Part shown: piece by piece, positions 1-13,100 of the stretch
Layout: every line of letters starts with the position of its first letter
Position numbering within the stretch: position 1 is the stretch's first letter
Origin: Marsupella aquatica
Lineage: Eukaryota; Plantae; Marchantiophyta
Assembly (NCBI GenBank): GCA_973895155.1
Contig: OZ316891.1
Span: 16,290,148 to 16,354,147, forward strand
Direction of reading: 5' to 3'
DNA length: 64,000 nt
Position numbers and translations under genes: made by a program
Notes under the pieces: model-generated
Seen by the model: the letters and a program-made list of their open reading frames with translations, nothing else
What the model was told of the DNA's origin: nothing
The model's database searches: none

Positions 1-622
1 CCTCATCATCATCGCTAAGATCCACAACGTTGATGACGGAGCGTACTTGTGCTGGCTGGGCGATCGGTGGTGGGGTTTGGCTAGGCTGCGGCTGAGGCTG
101 AAGCTGAGCCTGAGGTTGTATGGGTATGGGTACGGGTAAGACTGAGTTGGTCATGTTGGTTGTTGGCCGAGTTCCGATGAAGCTCTATAGGTGCTGGTAG
201 AAGTTCTCCGAAGCGAGTGCAGACGACCTTGTCGAACGGGTAGTGCTGGACTCGCTGTTGATGATAGCCCGAACCTGAGCAGGGATGTGGTCAAAGTGAT
301 GTCGTTGCAAGTCGATCATACCCGGGATATTGAAGACCTCATCCGGAAGCCGAAGCAATGCTTCCCAGAACCCGATATATTTGTCTCCGTTGAAGAAGTA
401 CCCGGATACCTCTGCTGGTTGATAAAGCTCACTCTGAGACGGGTAGTCAAAGCTAAGGATGTAGTGGTGTCGTCCTGCTAGGCGGATGGCTCTCTCATAC
501 TCGCGTTCGATCTCGTATCGGCGCGGGTTGGCGTGTTTCAATGAGTCGGCCAAGTGCCTTCCGGTAGATAGGAATTGCGTCCAGAATCGAATGGCCGAGC
601 TGGAGAGGATCGTGTGCGACAT
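1..622 (-). pseudogene. Unknown ORF, probably TE-associated, divergent from the ParB-MTase gene; one in-frame TAG at 185-187, then a Q/P-rich continuation running off the window
   Basis: 145-aa ORF 185-622. The frame stays open past the stop (SFIGTRPTTNMTNSVLPVPIPIQPQAQLQPQPQPSQ...DLSDDDE). A minus-strand TATAAAAG lies near 722-730. Confidence 0.35.
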
Positions 623-1568
623 TCAGAAGAGATAGTAGTGGCGACTTAGAGCGAACAAGAGAGCTAGGGTTGAAGCTGGCGCATGGACTGATGGATTGGT
701 GCACTACAAAGGGTTGGCTCCCCTTTTATACCTTGAGGCTTGTCGATCCCCCGACGTCTCCTCGACGCCCATAGGCTGAACCGCTCACGCTTGTGGTGTG
801 CCGGCCACTCCGCCGGTCTGAGTCAGCGCGTGTCAGTGGCCGCTTCCTTAAGTTCGTTATACGGACCCGAGGGAGGGGCCCCTCCACGCTCGTAACCCGG
901 GTGTGCGAATAGCGACCAGCCGCCAGTCCGAACCTGAATTCCCCCTTATTGCCTAATGATATCCTACCCATAATGATTACCTAAATACTGTCGTTATGCT
1001 AATAATAGTGGCCTAAGACACTCCTAACGCGCATGCCGAGTGCAATTAGACCAAATCACTCATTAACCGCTGTACCGACGGCATCACATTCTTGCCAGCT
1101 TGCTAATTGTTATGCGGTATCAATAGCTACTCCTTGCATACAGCAACCTAGTTACTCAGATTATAGAATAAGGACCATGTCATCGGCGTCACACCTATTC
1201 TATAGCTATTGTTTTTACTAGCGCCGGGCGTTGCCATGACAATCATCCAAATTATCTACTTCAAGGGAAGTTGTTTATAATAGCGCCCGACGCTAGTGTT
1301 CCGAGTGAGGGAGGAAAATGGTCATAACGGTAACATTTAACGGTAACTTCTGAGTTCCGTGTGTGTTACACTTCTTCTACCGCTTGATTTAGCTAATTAA
1401 GTTCTCAGGATACATACGTTGGAATCCGCCAAACTTACAAGCTTCTCGCTTTAATCGAAGAGTTCCGCTGAACTCCACCCTCCTTCTAGAATATATTACA
1501 CATTGAGAGTTGATTAGAGTTCCATAATTTCATTGTACGATAGTTCGTACGCTTCTAGAAGGAAGACG

Positions 1569-4500
1569 ATGGAGGTATTCTCCTCTTCATCCAGAGGGTA
1601 TAGTGTTGTTCCTGACCAAGAGCGAGCTTATTCTGAATCCTTGCAGTCTTTGTTTACTGGTTCAGTTTATACACGTCGTGTAACTCGTTCCACAAAGTTG
1701 CTGCCTCCTACTTCTGTTAGCGTTGTTTTGGTTCCTAAATCTCTGTGTAGAAAGATGGAAAACCTTGACACGATTGCGATCCAAGATGTTTCGGACTGCG
1801 CACTCGCAGAGACTGATCTCATCTCAAAACATGTCATGTGTTTTGGAAAGGATTCTCGTGGATTTGACAAGGAGCCGCCTCGAATCCCTCTATGCCGATT
1901 GGTTCATATGGAGGTGGTTCGTACTTTGCAGAAAGATAGCTCTTCCATCGAGAAGCTGAAAGACTCGTTTTGCAGTATGGGTTACAATTCATCCATAGGA
2001 ATGCGTTTCTATGTGCAGCCAACGGATGAGAATGGAATTGTTCTGACCTATACCCAGGAAATTTGTGAGTCATGGGATCCAATTTGGCAATTGGAGAACG
2101 AGAAGTTTAAGGCTGAATGCGAGGCCGATCCAGATTTTCTTGTGTTGAAGGATAAGATGTTCTCTATCTTCGATGGAAATCACAGGCTGTACTCATGGAC
2201 GCTTGTTACCAAGGAGAACCCTGACAATCCAAAATACCATCCTCGAGTGCTCTGCACAATATTTAAGGGAGACAAGGGATCTCTTATTGAAATTGAGGCA
2301 GCTATGCACACCGTGAATCAGTAAGTTCTCGTTCTTTTTCGGTACCTTCTTTGAATCTTGCGAGTGTTCTATTTAAGAGCGCTCGGTGCTGGTTATAGAT
2401 AAATTGTACTTTGACTCTAACTCGCTGCATCTCTTCATGTAGGCTTGGCCAAGCAGTTGTTGAGCCATCCTGGATTCTCGATGCAGATAGAATTAAACAA
2501 ATTCTGGCGCATGACCTTGAGTATTATAGTAAACTGATTGACCCAGCTAATTTCAAGAAGTTTAAGAGCATTTGGCTAAAGACTCGGAAGGGGTCATGGT
2601 ATACAAAGAAGATGCCACAGGAAGCTCTTGTTTACATTCTATGTGAGAATAAGATAAAGTCCTATTCTCACCAATTCAAGCTTGACATGGAGGCAGCCGA
2701 GGCTCAAGGGAGTCCCTAGTAGGTGGACGAGATTTCCAAACGCCATGCGGCCATGATGAAGGACGCAACCAAAGACTGGGCAGTGAAGTCATCAAAAATT
2801 ACGCCCTTGTTAAGTCCTGAATTTGAAGATTTTCTTAGTACATGTGCAGAAATGTATGTTGTCACAGAGAGAAACAAGAGAGAGAAGAAGCCTGACGCCG
2901 TCGTATGTACAATGGACCGCGCCCAATTGTTCACTGCTGTTTCTGCCCTAGACCCAAAGTTGCGGAGCATCCTACTTGTGGCACATTGCAATCCTGAGCT
3001 GCGGAGACAGTTTTTCCACCCGACAAGTGTTAACGATGACCCAGTCAAACAATGGTGTCATACTTGGATCACTTGGAATAGTGTAGAGGGAATTGCTGTC
3101 GGCATGTTACATTCATGTCTGCGTGAAGTAGAGCAAACTATGCCCGCCACTAGATTGGAAGAGTGGAAATGTGGTTCGTTTGATGATCTCGTTCAGTTTG
3201 TTACAAATAATTCAAGAGATATGGTGATTCTGTGAAGAGTAAGTTCTTTCACACTATGTGGCCTTCAAAGTATCCAGACAAAGAAGACTATACCCAGAAA
3301 AACCAGAAGCGGGCTAAAAGGTATCTTTACAGGTTCTACATGCACATGGAGGTAACCAAACCTGATTACTTCTGGGCATATCCTGCAGCTTTCATGAAGT
3401 GGATTACAATAAGTGAGGATGACGCCATAGCTGATTTGTACTCCATGTACCCAGCGGAGGGCATATTTCCTCCAAGACTACGACAGAATGGGAGAGAACT
3501 CACTGCCCCTGGTATCTAGATACAGATAGATGGGATTCTCCTTTTGATCAAAGGGAGAAAGATGCATTCCATAAGCTTTCAAAGTCCCACATACCAGCAA
3601 AAATTGTGTCCGACATGAAGCAGGGCCTGCTAGACGATGTAGACAAGTCTGCCACTGACTTGCAAAGTATTTATGAAACGACTATTGTTCATGTGGACCG
3701 AAGTCGCAAACCTCAAGCGAAAGCAAAAGCGGAGTTAGCAGCACCAAGCGAGTCAATGAAATCTGGGAGGAAAAGTGAGTATAGTGTTCCCTAGTATGGC
3801 CAGCACTTGGCGCTGGCTTGAACTATCATGCGAATTCACATTTCTTTCTACATTCTTAGGCCTTTGTTGTAACCTAAGTGATTTGCATTTGGTTAGCGCC
3901 TGGCGCTAGCTTGTTTGAATACTCAGGATTTACTTGTTCTAACTAGGACCTATTGGTAATTTAGGAGGGAGGAAGTCTAATACTGCGGGAACAGGAGATA
4001 CTAAAGTGGATGCTACACCTGAAGTTTCTGAGGCAAACACCGGAGCTCGATCGGACCCCATTACTCCTGTCGACAAGGGGAAGGTAATAGTTCCGGTTGA
4101 CGCCACAAGTACCAAGAAGAAACGAAAGAGAGCTATCGAAGGTGGACCTTCTTCAAGGGAGAGTGTTGCAGCATCTGGTGTCCAAGGTGAATTTGGAAAC
4201 TTCAAAACTAGAGTGTCTCGTCATGCCATGGTTGAGACAAGCATATCCGAATTTTTTGACTCGACTTTCAACAAGGGGGAAAAACCTGAATGGGTTAGTA
4301 ATGTGGAGAAGTGGGGGAAGGATCTCGTTAAGTCGGGATATAAAGAGAAGGGTGTTGTGTGGGGAGGAAAAGAAAGATTGTTTGGAGTGGATGCGGGTTT
4401 CATTTACCTACCAACCGGGTTCAAACCAACGATCATAGATAAGAAGGTTCCTAAATGGAACACTCCAAATCACTCCATGGCTAGATCTTTTTTCAAGTCC

Positions 4501-5750
4501 ATGGATCCATTTCTATCAGATGATGGATTCTTTGCAATTCTACACAATGGGGAGTATGATCCCATGTCTCAAGTCATTGCTGCTTGTCAGGAATCGAGAA
4601 AATTTCAGTGCATATGCACGCATAATGTTGTAATGTATGTCCCGATGTACGCGGCAAAGACAGACCGTCAGGTAATCATGTACTCTTAACTATGTCGCAT
4701 TTTGAAATATAACTCGTTTAACCTGGAGTTGCCAACTGACACTTGGGATTGCTTTCCGCAGATGTTTACCCTCAGGCTGGACATATTTGGTCGAATTAAT
4801 GGGAAATGCAAAATTCCCAAAGACCCTAAATTCCGTCCACTCTCCATCAGTGAGGACCCCTCGGTCACCAATTTGATCGGACTCCCTTCTCTCAAATCCG
4901 ATCCATTCCCGCAAATGGAGTTTTCTGGAAATGCTCGCCTGTCTGTTGGGTTTATGCAATCTGTCATTGAGCTTGTCACCCGACCTCGTGATATTTTTAT
5001 GGATTGGACTGCTGGGGCTGGAAGCTCCTTCATTGCTGGAGACTTCTCCGGGAGGTTTGTGCTCGGGATAGAACATAGAAAAGAATTTATTGAAACCACT
5101 TCGAAGGTTTTCATGGATTTGTTATCTCCCAAAGAGATTGCGGTTTTACCTCCACCTATTCCTATTGTCGACAGAAAGAAGCGAGATAAGCTTCGGTCGG
5201 TACTCAATTTTGATTCTGATGATGAGTCCAGTGAAGGTGGAGATGGAGAGGAACAAGGTACAGGGGACTCGGAGGAGGAAAAGGAAGAACCTCGTCGATC
5301 TCCTGATGAAACCGATAGTGATGACTCTTCCGAGTAATGTTCATAAACTCGTAAGCTTCTTTCTCCATTCCCATCAATTTATAACATTGATGTGTTGTTT
5401 TAGAGAAAGGCACCTAACTTCTTGGATTTTGTTTGATCAGGTCAGAGTGGAATGCGAGGAGACGTTTGAAACTGCGAAGGAGGGTTGCTAGACACAACAT
5501 AGAAACACCAGACAAACCTTTTGTTCTTCCCTCCTATGCAGAGAAAGCCGCAAGGAAAGCTGAGAGTACAAGGACGCTTTGCTGGGAAAACAAAGGTCTT
5601 CGGTTACAAAGGGGTGTTGACAGGAAGTTCATTAAACATCCTTATGTTGATGACTTCTCCCGCAGCCAGTACGTAGATGACGAGGCTGTGTCCACGGACA
5701 AATCCGAGAGTACAGATTCTGGTTCCGAATCAGAGTTTGTAGAATTGTGA
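1569..5750 (+). pseudogene. Spliced, decayed gene: N-terminal ParB/sulfiredoxin-like domain plus C-terminal beta-class N4C/N6A DNA methyltransferase-like domain, acidic tail
   Basis: FSIFDGNHRL matches the ParB/Srx DGxHR motif. VDAGFIYLPTGF...FFKSMDPFLSDDGFFAILH resembles the motif IV region. FMQSVIELVTRPRDIFMDWTAGAGSSFIAGDFSGRFVLGIE resembles the motif X-I SAM-binding region of N6_N4_Mtase. Phase-compatible GT-AG introns at 2321-2442, 3775-3946 and 4672-4761, probably also 5334-5403. In-frame stops at 2717-2722 and 3517-3519 and a frameshift near 3225. Confidence 0.7.
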
Positions 5751-5871
5751 CACGTATTGAGGAATTTAGGGAGTAATTTTTTACCAGCGCTTGGTGCTAG
5801 TACCAACTTGTATTCAAATCCTCTCATTGAGTCCTTATAAATTAATGTCTGATTCCTTGTGTTTTTTACAA

Positions 5872-7352
5872 CGGGACACGCTTCCCACGCCAATCACCTG
5901 CTGTTCCTCCTTCAAGATCTTCTTCAGTTGGTTGAGGAGGTACCCGTTGTAATCCCGGCTTGGGTCTGGCCTTTCTGCCAGGTAGACCTGAGCCTTGCCG
6001 ATCTTTGCCCTCGGCAAGTTACAATGCATGGTCACCCGCAAGAAATCGATCATCTCTCCGATGTGCGGGTTGGTGCAGGTGTTCCGGAAGAAGCCATTCT
6101 TCATTGATGGTCCTAGGAATGACCGGAACTCCTTGTCAGGTAAGGTCTTCCTGGTATCAACCTTGGTCTTATTACCCATCGGCAAGCCAAACACCTCGGC
6201 AATCACCTAGGGAGTGAGATAGAAATCCTTCCCATACACCCTCGTGGAACTGGTCTCGGGTTCCCATGATCCTGTGAATTCTAATAAGTCTGAGTTCGGC
6301 ACCTCCGGCTTCAGCCATGATAATCTTACGAAGGCTTCCAAGCCGGATCCGGCCATGAAGCCCTGGTACTTCTTTATCTGCATGGCCGTAAAGCATGCAT
6401 CCTCCTCCCGTGCAAAATGTAATTGCACTTCCTCTGGTAGGATCGCCGCCCAGCCTTTCCAGGTGTCATCCTTTGTTGGAATGGCATTGATGGGATCAAC
6501 CTCCTCCTCTTCGGCTTCTCCCTGCCTCCTGTTCTGCTGCTCTGCTGGCTTCCTTGGTGCCGCCGACCTCGTTCGTTTTGCCGGGGTGGCCTCTTCGTTG
6601 TTGTTTCCTTTCCTCTTCATCTCGGCTGCCATGGATGTTTCTCCTAGCACAGTTGCCTTTGTCCACCCCTCCGTGCTACCCTTCAACTCCCAGTGCGCGT
6701 CGTTGCAGCAGTTGATGGCTTCCCAAATGCCGACGATTCTGTCTTCGCAAAACAGAAGGTCATCGAGCTGATTGGCAGTAGGAGTCCACAAGAACTCAGC
6801 CTTGATGAGTTCTCCTCCTAAGAAGGCGGACTTCTGCAACTCCCACAGTCGAGCGAGCTCCTGCTATTCTCGAGCTGCTCTCTCCGATTCTTCGTCCTCG
6901 TACGTAAGTCCTAATGTACTTAGTTGCCCGTTCAAACAGGCATCCCCAAAAATGTGCCGCTTGATTGACGTTGCTCATACCCTCCTTGACTCGATCGTTG
7001 GTATTTGCTCCCGCCCTGAGTGCTTGCTTAAGCAGCTGACAGTAGTTGGCCTTCCATAGTCGTCTGCCCAGTTTGTGCTTGCAAATGAGCCACCATTCCT
7101 CGCGAGCGGTCCTTACCCCTCTCCTCCTCTGGTCTTTCCTCCCGTTGGTTACCTAACCACCGATGCTTAGCGCGCCCTAACCCTAATCGTGTTTTCTCCC
7201 CCGATGTCCTTACCTCCGGCCACGGCCCGGGTTCCATAGTCACCCTTAATTGTTTATATTTTCCTTGTTTTTGTTACTATACTAATGTGTTTATAGGGTA
7301 CACCTCCATTTCCCCACTTAACTGGCCTAGTGATTCCTGGCTAGGCATCACA
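5872..7352 (-). mobile_element. Truncated, decayed copy of the ORF-bearing Gypsy LTR (5' 1.5 kb)
   Basis: Ends in the same terminus (ctaggcatcaca, 7352) as the LTRs at 45263 and 56121. ORF pieces 5835-7243 are near-identical in protein to the LTR ORF. Confidence 0.9.
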
Positions 7353-8417
7353 CACCAGTTGAGGTGTTGACTTATCAAGGAACTGAGTTCCGTGGAGAGT
7401 TTGAGAGTTTGTGCAAGCAAGCTCTAATTGATCATTGTACTACTTCTAGTGACCATCCTGAGGCAGATGGATTGGCTGAGAGAGTAGTGCAAACTATAAA
7501 GAGAGGATTGTGCAAGTATGGCTTGCAGGTTGGTCATCTAGGAGATTGAGATCTCCAATTACCTTGGTTAGCTATGGGCTACTGTTTTAGTCGGCAAGCA
7601 TCACTTGCATCCTTCTCACCTTATTTCTTGCTCTATGGTTGAGAGCCAGATTTGCTAACAGCTATTTGTCATGATACTGCATTGGTTGTGAACTTGGATA
7701 ATCCTGATGTTTGGGTCAAGGTTTTTTCAGAGAGGGCAAGGATTCTTGAGAGAGTCATGCCCATGGATGGCCTTTGACAACCTTGCCATTACCCAACATC
7801 GTGATACTTTGCGGTATGCCACTATTCGTGGAGGAGGTTATCATGTGAGGATTCAACGATTTCATCCTAGTGATTATGTTTATTTGCAGCGGACAACACC
7901 AACTACACTTGATGTGACCGTAGGTTGGACCATTTTACATGTGCGTGAAGTGTTGCATTCTGGTGTCCTGATGTTGGAAGGGCATGATGGTATGGTTTGG
8001 AAGGATCATGTGCGCAACTGTGCGCCATGCCATCTAGCTTCCAAACATTGATGGTACGGTGGATCCAAGCTTAGCACATGTTTGTGCTAGTTTGAAGTGT
8101 ATGTTGTGTGGATCTACTCAGGGAGAAACTACGTACTATGTTCATTGTGATAAGTGTTCTAGAGGATGACACATGTTGTGTTTGACACCACCATTGCAAG
8201 TGATTCCTAGTGGATCATGGTTGTGTCCTGAGTGTTGATGAATCCGACTAGTTATCAGTTTGTGTTCTCTTGGAAGATATGGATTACAGGTAGGTGATCG
8301 ATGGGGCTCACTTGCACTCGACCTCCTAATCTTCACACCTAAAAAGGTGTATATCAACCTTGTACAAATCATGGCTAGCTAGAGTTAGGGGACCCTACTC
8401 CCAACTAGGGGGGCGAT
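7353..8417 (+). mobile_element. Ty3/Gypsy integrase remnant with C-terminal PHD finger, followed by a PPT
   Basis: QGTEF...HPEADGLAERVVQTIK is an integrase core. CMLC...CDKC..G*HMLC...PSGSWLCPEC at 8098-8235 is a C4HC3 PHD finger. PPT AGGGGGGCGAT directly precedes TG at 8418. Confidence 0.8.
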
Positions 8418-10178
8418 TGTGGGAATTGGACATGAGTTCCACTTGTATTTCATTATCTTGTGTTTGCGATGTGGTAGTGTGACTATGTTTGGATGTATGT
8501 GACAAGCGATCTATGTTGTGTAGCGATGTGTATGCACATGACAGCTGTCACACCATTCTAGGTAGTGTTAGAGTGTACCATACGATCTAGATTCGTAGGG
8601 TATAACTACCGTGCCAGGAAATAGGAAAAAGAAAACAATAAACAGTAAATAGTAAACAACAAATGGATGATAATTTTTTGAGATTTTTTTTTGGAATTTT
8701 TTTTTTGTTGGTTTGTATTTTTGACATTTTTTATTAGTACCCAAAGCTAGTAATAGTAGCGCCTGACGCTAGCCAAAAATGATAGTTTTTAAAAATATTT
8801 TGAAAAATTTGAGTTTTAATGAGACATTTTTTATATTTCATTTTTGCTCGTAATAGTAAAGTTTTGCTCATCTACTTACTATAATATACAATCCCGCCTT
8901 TTTGTGCTCATCGTCCGCTTACAAAATTCACTTTTGGAGGGAACTCATTATTACCATTGGATTTTAAACTTAAATTTTCCTGCCCATCAGATCTGTGTAA
9001 GGAAGAATAAAGAGTTTGTCCTAGCCTGAGGCACGGATCCATGGGCTTCCACCCACACCTAGACTCATATACAAACATCTAGAAAAAGGTCATTGGGAGT
9101 TGAGTTGACATGTGGCTATCATGGGTAGATGGGTCTGACAAGAAAATCTAAGTAGACCCCACTCTAAGTAGACCCCACATGATTGCCCCATTCACGTAAA
9201 GTAAGAAGTATAGACAACGTACAATACAAATTAAGTTGTGAGTTCAATAGGGATGATTTATAGGAAAGTGGAAAAAAATTAAGTCTACTACGAGTAGTGA
9301 AAACATTGTTTTTTTCTAATCTCTATAAAGTACTTTTTCCAGGTTACATTAACATTCAATCCTATATTCTTTATTGCAACAACCTTATTGACCAAAGACA
9401 CAATGGCCCCAAGAATAAAATGGCCCCAACAATGAAATGGGCGGAGTGACAAATGATTGTAACAATAAAATGGTTATAAGGACAAATGTGCAATGCAAGT
9501 TAGGGCAATGGGATGTCATATTTCAAATCACATTATAAAAACCTATCCCATCTCAAAGAGTTAGTGTAATCTACAAAAGTGGAAAAGGAAGGAACAAACC
9601 AATACCATCAATATATTTCAATGATTTTGACACCCTTGGATTGAGTGAAAGGGATCACCTATGGAAGTGAATACCATGGATATTTTTGCTCTTTTTTTGG
9701 GGGGGTGGAAATTTTACATTTATTCCGCGTGAACCCCACGGATGGGGGAACCAGCAGGCCAAACGGCATCATAAAACCTCAACGCCCAAAGGAGGCAATA
9801 ACAAAGAGTTACTCAACCAGGGTCACCAGATCAGGCAAAGATTGCGAAGCCGTTCTTCTAGTGGTCTATGCAACAAGTAACAGCTAGGGAATAAGCACTA
9901 AAAAGGCACGGTAGGTCAGCATAGTGAAAGTATAAAGTGTCAAAGCATTGTCTAGTACTGAAGTAATCCACCTAATCAGTAAGAAGAGGGTGTATACTGT
10001 AACGGGAAAAAGGAAAAAACCAAGGCATGAGCAAGGGCCACCAAGAGTGGTGCAGCTATAAGCTACAGGGATTGAACACAGTGCGGGGGCAGTGGCACTG
10101 TGAATGAGGAAATCACGGGAGTAACGGTGTCAAATGAGAAGACAAAACTCCCAGATAGCCACACAGTATAAATCAATC

Positions 10179-13100
10179 TCACAGAAGGCCGCCATCAATG
10201 GAGGAAGCAATTCGACACGACCCACGTTTGAGAGTGTGAATTCGCTCAATCTCCAGCAGTTCTTTGGCACTCAATAGACGCCGGTGCTTTCGGCTCAAAG
10301 ATGAAGGAGAAAGCACGGAAGCAGCCACAGCGACAGCAGTCAGGTGGTCTAGGGTCTCCGAAATAATCAGCATCTGATCAAAAATCCTATGTCTTGTCTG
10401 GTCAAAGGTCTAAGCATTCCTAGCCAACCAAATGTTCCACAAAATCTGATAGGTAATGTAGATCCGAAGGGAGTGAATAGGTAATTTTCCCACAACAGAC
10501 TTGATAAGGCCAATCAGGGATGGCGTTCCATCGCAGAGTGCACCATGCATCCACCCGTGAGCATCAGTCCAACACCTGCTAGCGTGCCTGCATGAGAAGA
10601 AAATATGTGGGATAGACTCAAGGAGTCCCACACAAAGCACACAACAACCATCAGATTTTCCAATTCTTAGAGCCCTAGAGCCAGAAAATAGACCCTGTGC
10701 AAGAATACGCCATAGAAAGGCTTTTGCTCGGGTAGAAAGACCAGATGTCCACACAACCCTCCACACTTCACTCCATTCCTCATCTGTGAGGGCCTCCGTC
10801 CAGATCCGGTTCAGACGAGCAGTATCAGTGCCTTTTGGGCGCAAAAACTCATAGGCACGAACATTAGTTAATCCAAAGCGATTAGCTCCAACCGCCTGGT
10901 CCAGCCAAAGCCATTGTCGTGCAAGAGGCAAGGTTCCAATGCCGCCAAAGGGAGTTCCACGAATGACTACCGCCAAAGAGAGACAGAGAGCCCTACAAGG
11001 AGATATAAGGCCTCTCAACCGTTGTAGTCGTGATTCAACATTCATCCATGTGCCATCAGCAGCAGACCAGAAATCACCAATTTTTCTAATGCCCAGCTTA
11101 CCAAACGTTCTGGTTAACTCCATAATTACTGAGTCAGGTAGCTCATAGAATCCCTGTAAGCAGCGGACAGTATCTTCGAATCCCCAATGGCCAGGGATAG
11201 GGTCAGAATTAGTAGGGTAGAAGATCAAGTGTTCTCTCAACTGTTCCCAAGCACTCCACAATTGGCTAGTATATGACAATCTCCCAAAGCTACGAGGGGT
11301 GCTAAGAAGTAACTTGTCAGTCATGGAGTACACATTCCTGTGAACAATCTTGTAATTCCGCCATTTCGTCAATCGAAGATTTTCAGAGAACATGCAAGCC
11401 CATTCAGAGTCGGGGTAATCCAAAGCCCCGGTGAACCATTTACTCAAGAGGGCGTCCGAGTGACTTTTGAGGTCCTTCAATCCGAGACCACCGTCCAGCT
11501 TGGGTCGAGTCATCTTGTCCCAAGCCACAAGAGGGATTTGTTTTCCCCCCAATGGGTTGGAGCCCCACAGAAAAATCCTGTTTAAAGCAATCAACTTTTT
11601 AGTCAAGGTAATAGGTGAAAGTAGAAACATCAAGTGATAAACCGGTATGGCCTGAAGCACGTGCTTGATTAACAATAGGCGACCTGTGAAAGAGAGGAAG
11701 CGAGTAGACCAGGATGCTAGCCGTGCATTGATCCGATCCAAGCAGAAGCAATGCAGTTGCTTCTCAGAAAGATTAGAACCAAAAGGGGCACCTAAGTATT
11801 TCTGCACAGTGCTTGCAGCGCTAATTGTACACCCCGTTTTGTGTAGCCAGTCAGGGATCTCATCAATTGCCAAAGGTATAATGATAGATTTGGCCAGGTG
11901 AAGCTTAGCGCCAGTTGCACATTCGTAGCAAGTGATAGTGTTTCTAGCCTGTGTAAAAGCAATCTTCGTGGCAAGAATGAAGAGGCCAAGATCATCGGCA
12001 AAAAGTCTAAAACAAATAGTTAAAGAGGGAGAGATTTGTAGTCCCTGGAGTCGACCAGCCGCAATTTCCGCATGGCAGAAGTCCATCAATGGCTGGGTGG
12101 AAATAGCAAAAAGAAGAGGAGAAAGGGGGCAGCCTTGGCGAACTCCCCTGCACATCTTAATATCATCAGTCCAAAGTCCGTTGACCAGAACTTTAGAAAA
12201 GGAATTACTTAGCAGAGATCGAACTAAGAATATGTAATGTGAGCTCAGGCCCAAAAGATTCATAGTTTCCCAGATATAGAGATGATCGACCTTGTCAAAA
12301 GCTTTCTCAAAGTCAAGCTGCAAAAAGAGAGAGGGAGTCTGCGTGAATTCAATCCAGTTGTGTGTCAACCATGTTAGTGAGATATTTTCCAGTATATGAC
12401 GTCCGGGAATGAAGCCTGTTTGTTGCGGACTAATCATGTGGGGCAGCAGCACCTTCAATCGCAGGGCAAGTAGCTTCGCCAAAATCTTGTATGTGGTCGT
12501 TAGCATGGTCAGCGGCCTCCAGTCGCACAAACGACGCTTGTCAGTCTTCTTGGGGATAAAACGGATCACGCCATCTTTGATCCCATAGGAAATGTGACCA
12601 GTCCTCCAAAAGTCACAGATCATGTCATATAGGTCAGCTTTCACAAAATCCCAGCAGGCACGTAGAACTTCAGCAGTCATACCATCTATCCCTGGTGCTT
12701 TATCATTAGGTAGCAATAGTAGGGTGTCATGTACCTCCTTAATAGTGGGTAAAGCTTCCAATCGGTGGTTCTCAGCGGCAGAGGGGGGAAAATGAGTGTG
12801 CTCGCAAAGTTTTTGTCTAGCAGCACGCATCGCCAAAAGTTCCTCAGCATTGAGTTCCTGCGGAGAATACAGCGCCTCACAGAAATTTTGAACCTCCTTG
12901 ATGATCAGATTTTTGTCATGAATCTCTAAACCATCATCTCCAATTAGGTACTCCATAGTCTCTCTCAAACGTTTTGCTTTGACCAAAGAGAAGTAGAACT
13001 TGGGAGGTTCCTCACCCTGGCCAAGCCAGTTGATCCGGGACAGCTGCCGGTAGTGATGTGCATTCTCAAGTTCCATTTTGCGGACACTGTTATCAGTATA

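Larger units (their letters stand above)
1218..8771. repeat. Dispersed 15-bp palindrome TAGCGCC-N-GGCGCTA (6 copies)
   Basis: Copies at 1219-1233, 1281-1295, 3801-3815, 3894-3908 (perfect), 5785-5799 and 8757-8771, all non-coding. Confidence 0.7.

Noticed and set aside
702-710. CACTACAAA resembling a CACTA terminus
   Set aside because: No matching inverted end found, and it sits between the TATA box and ORF of the minus-strand gene.
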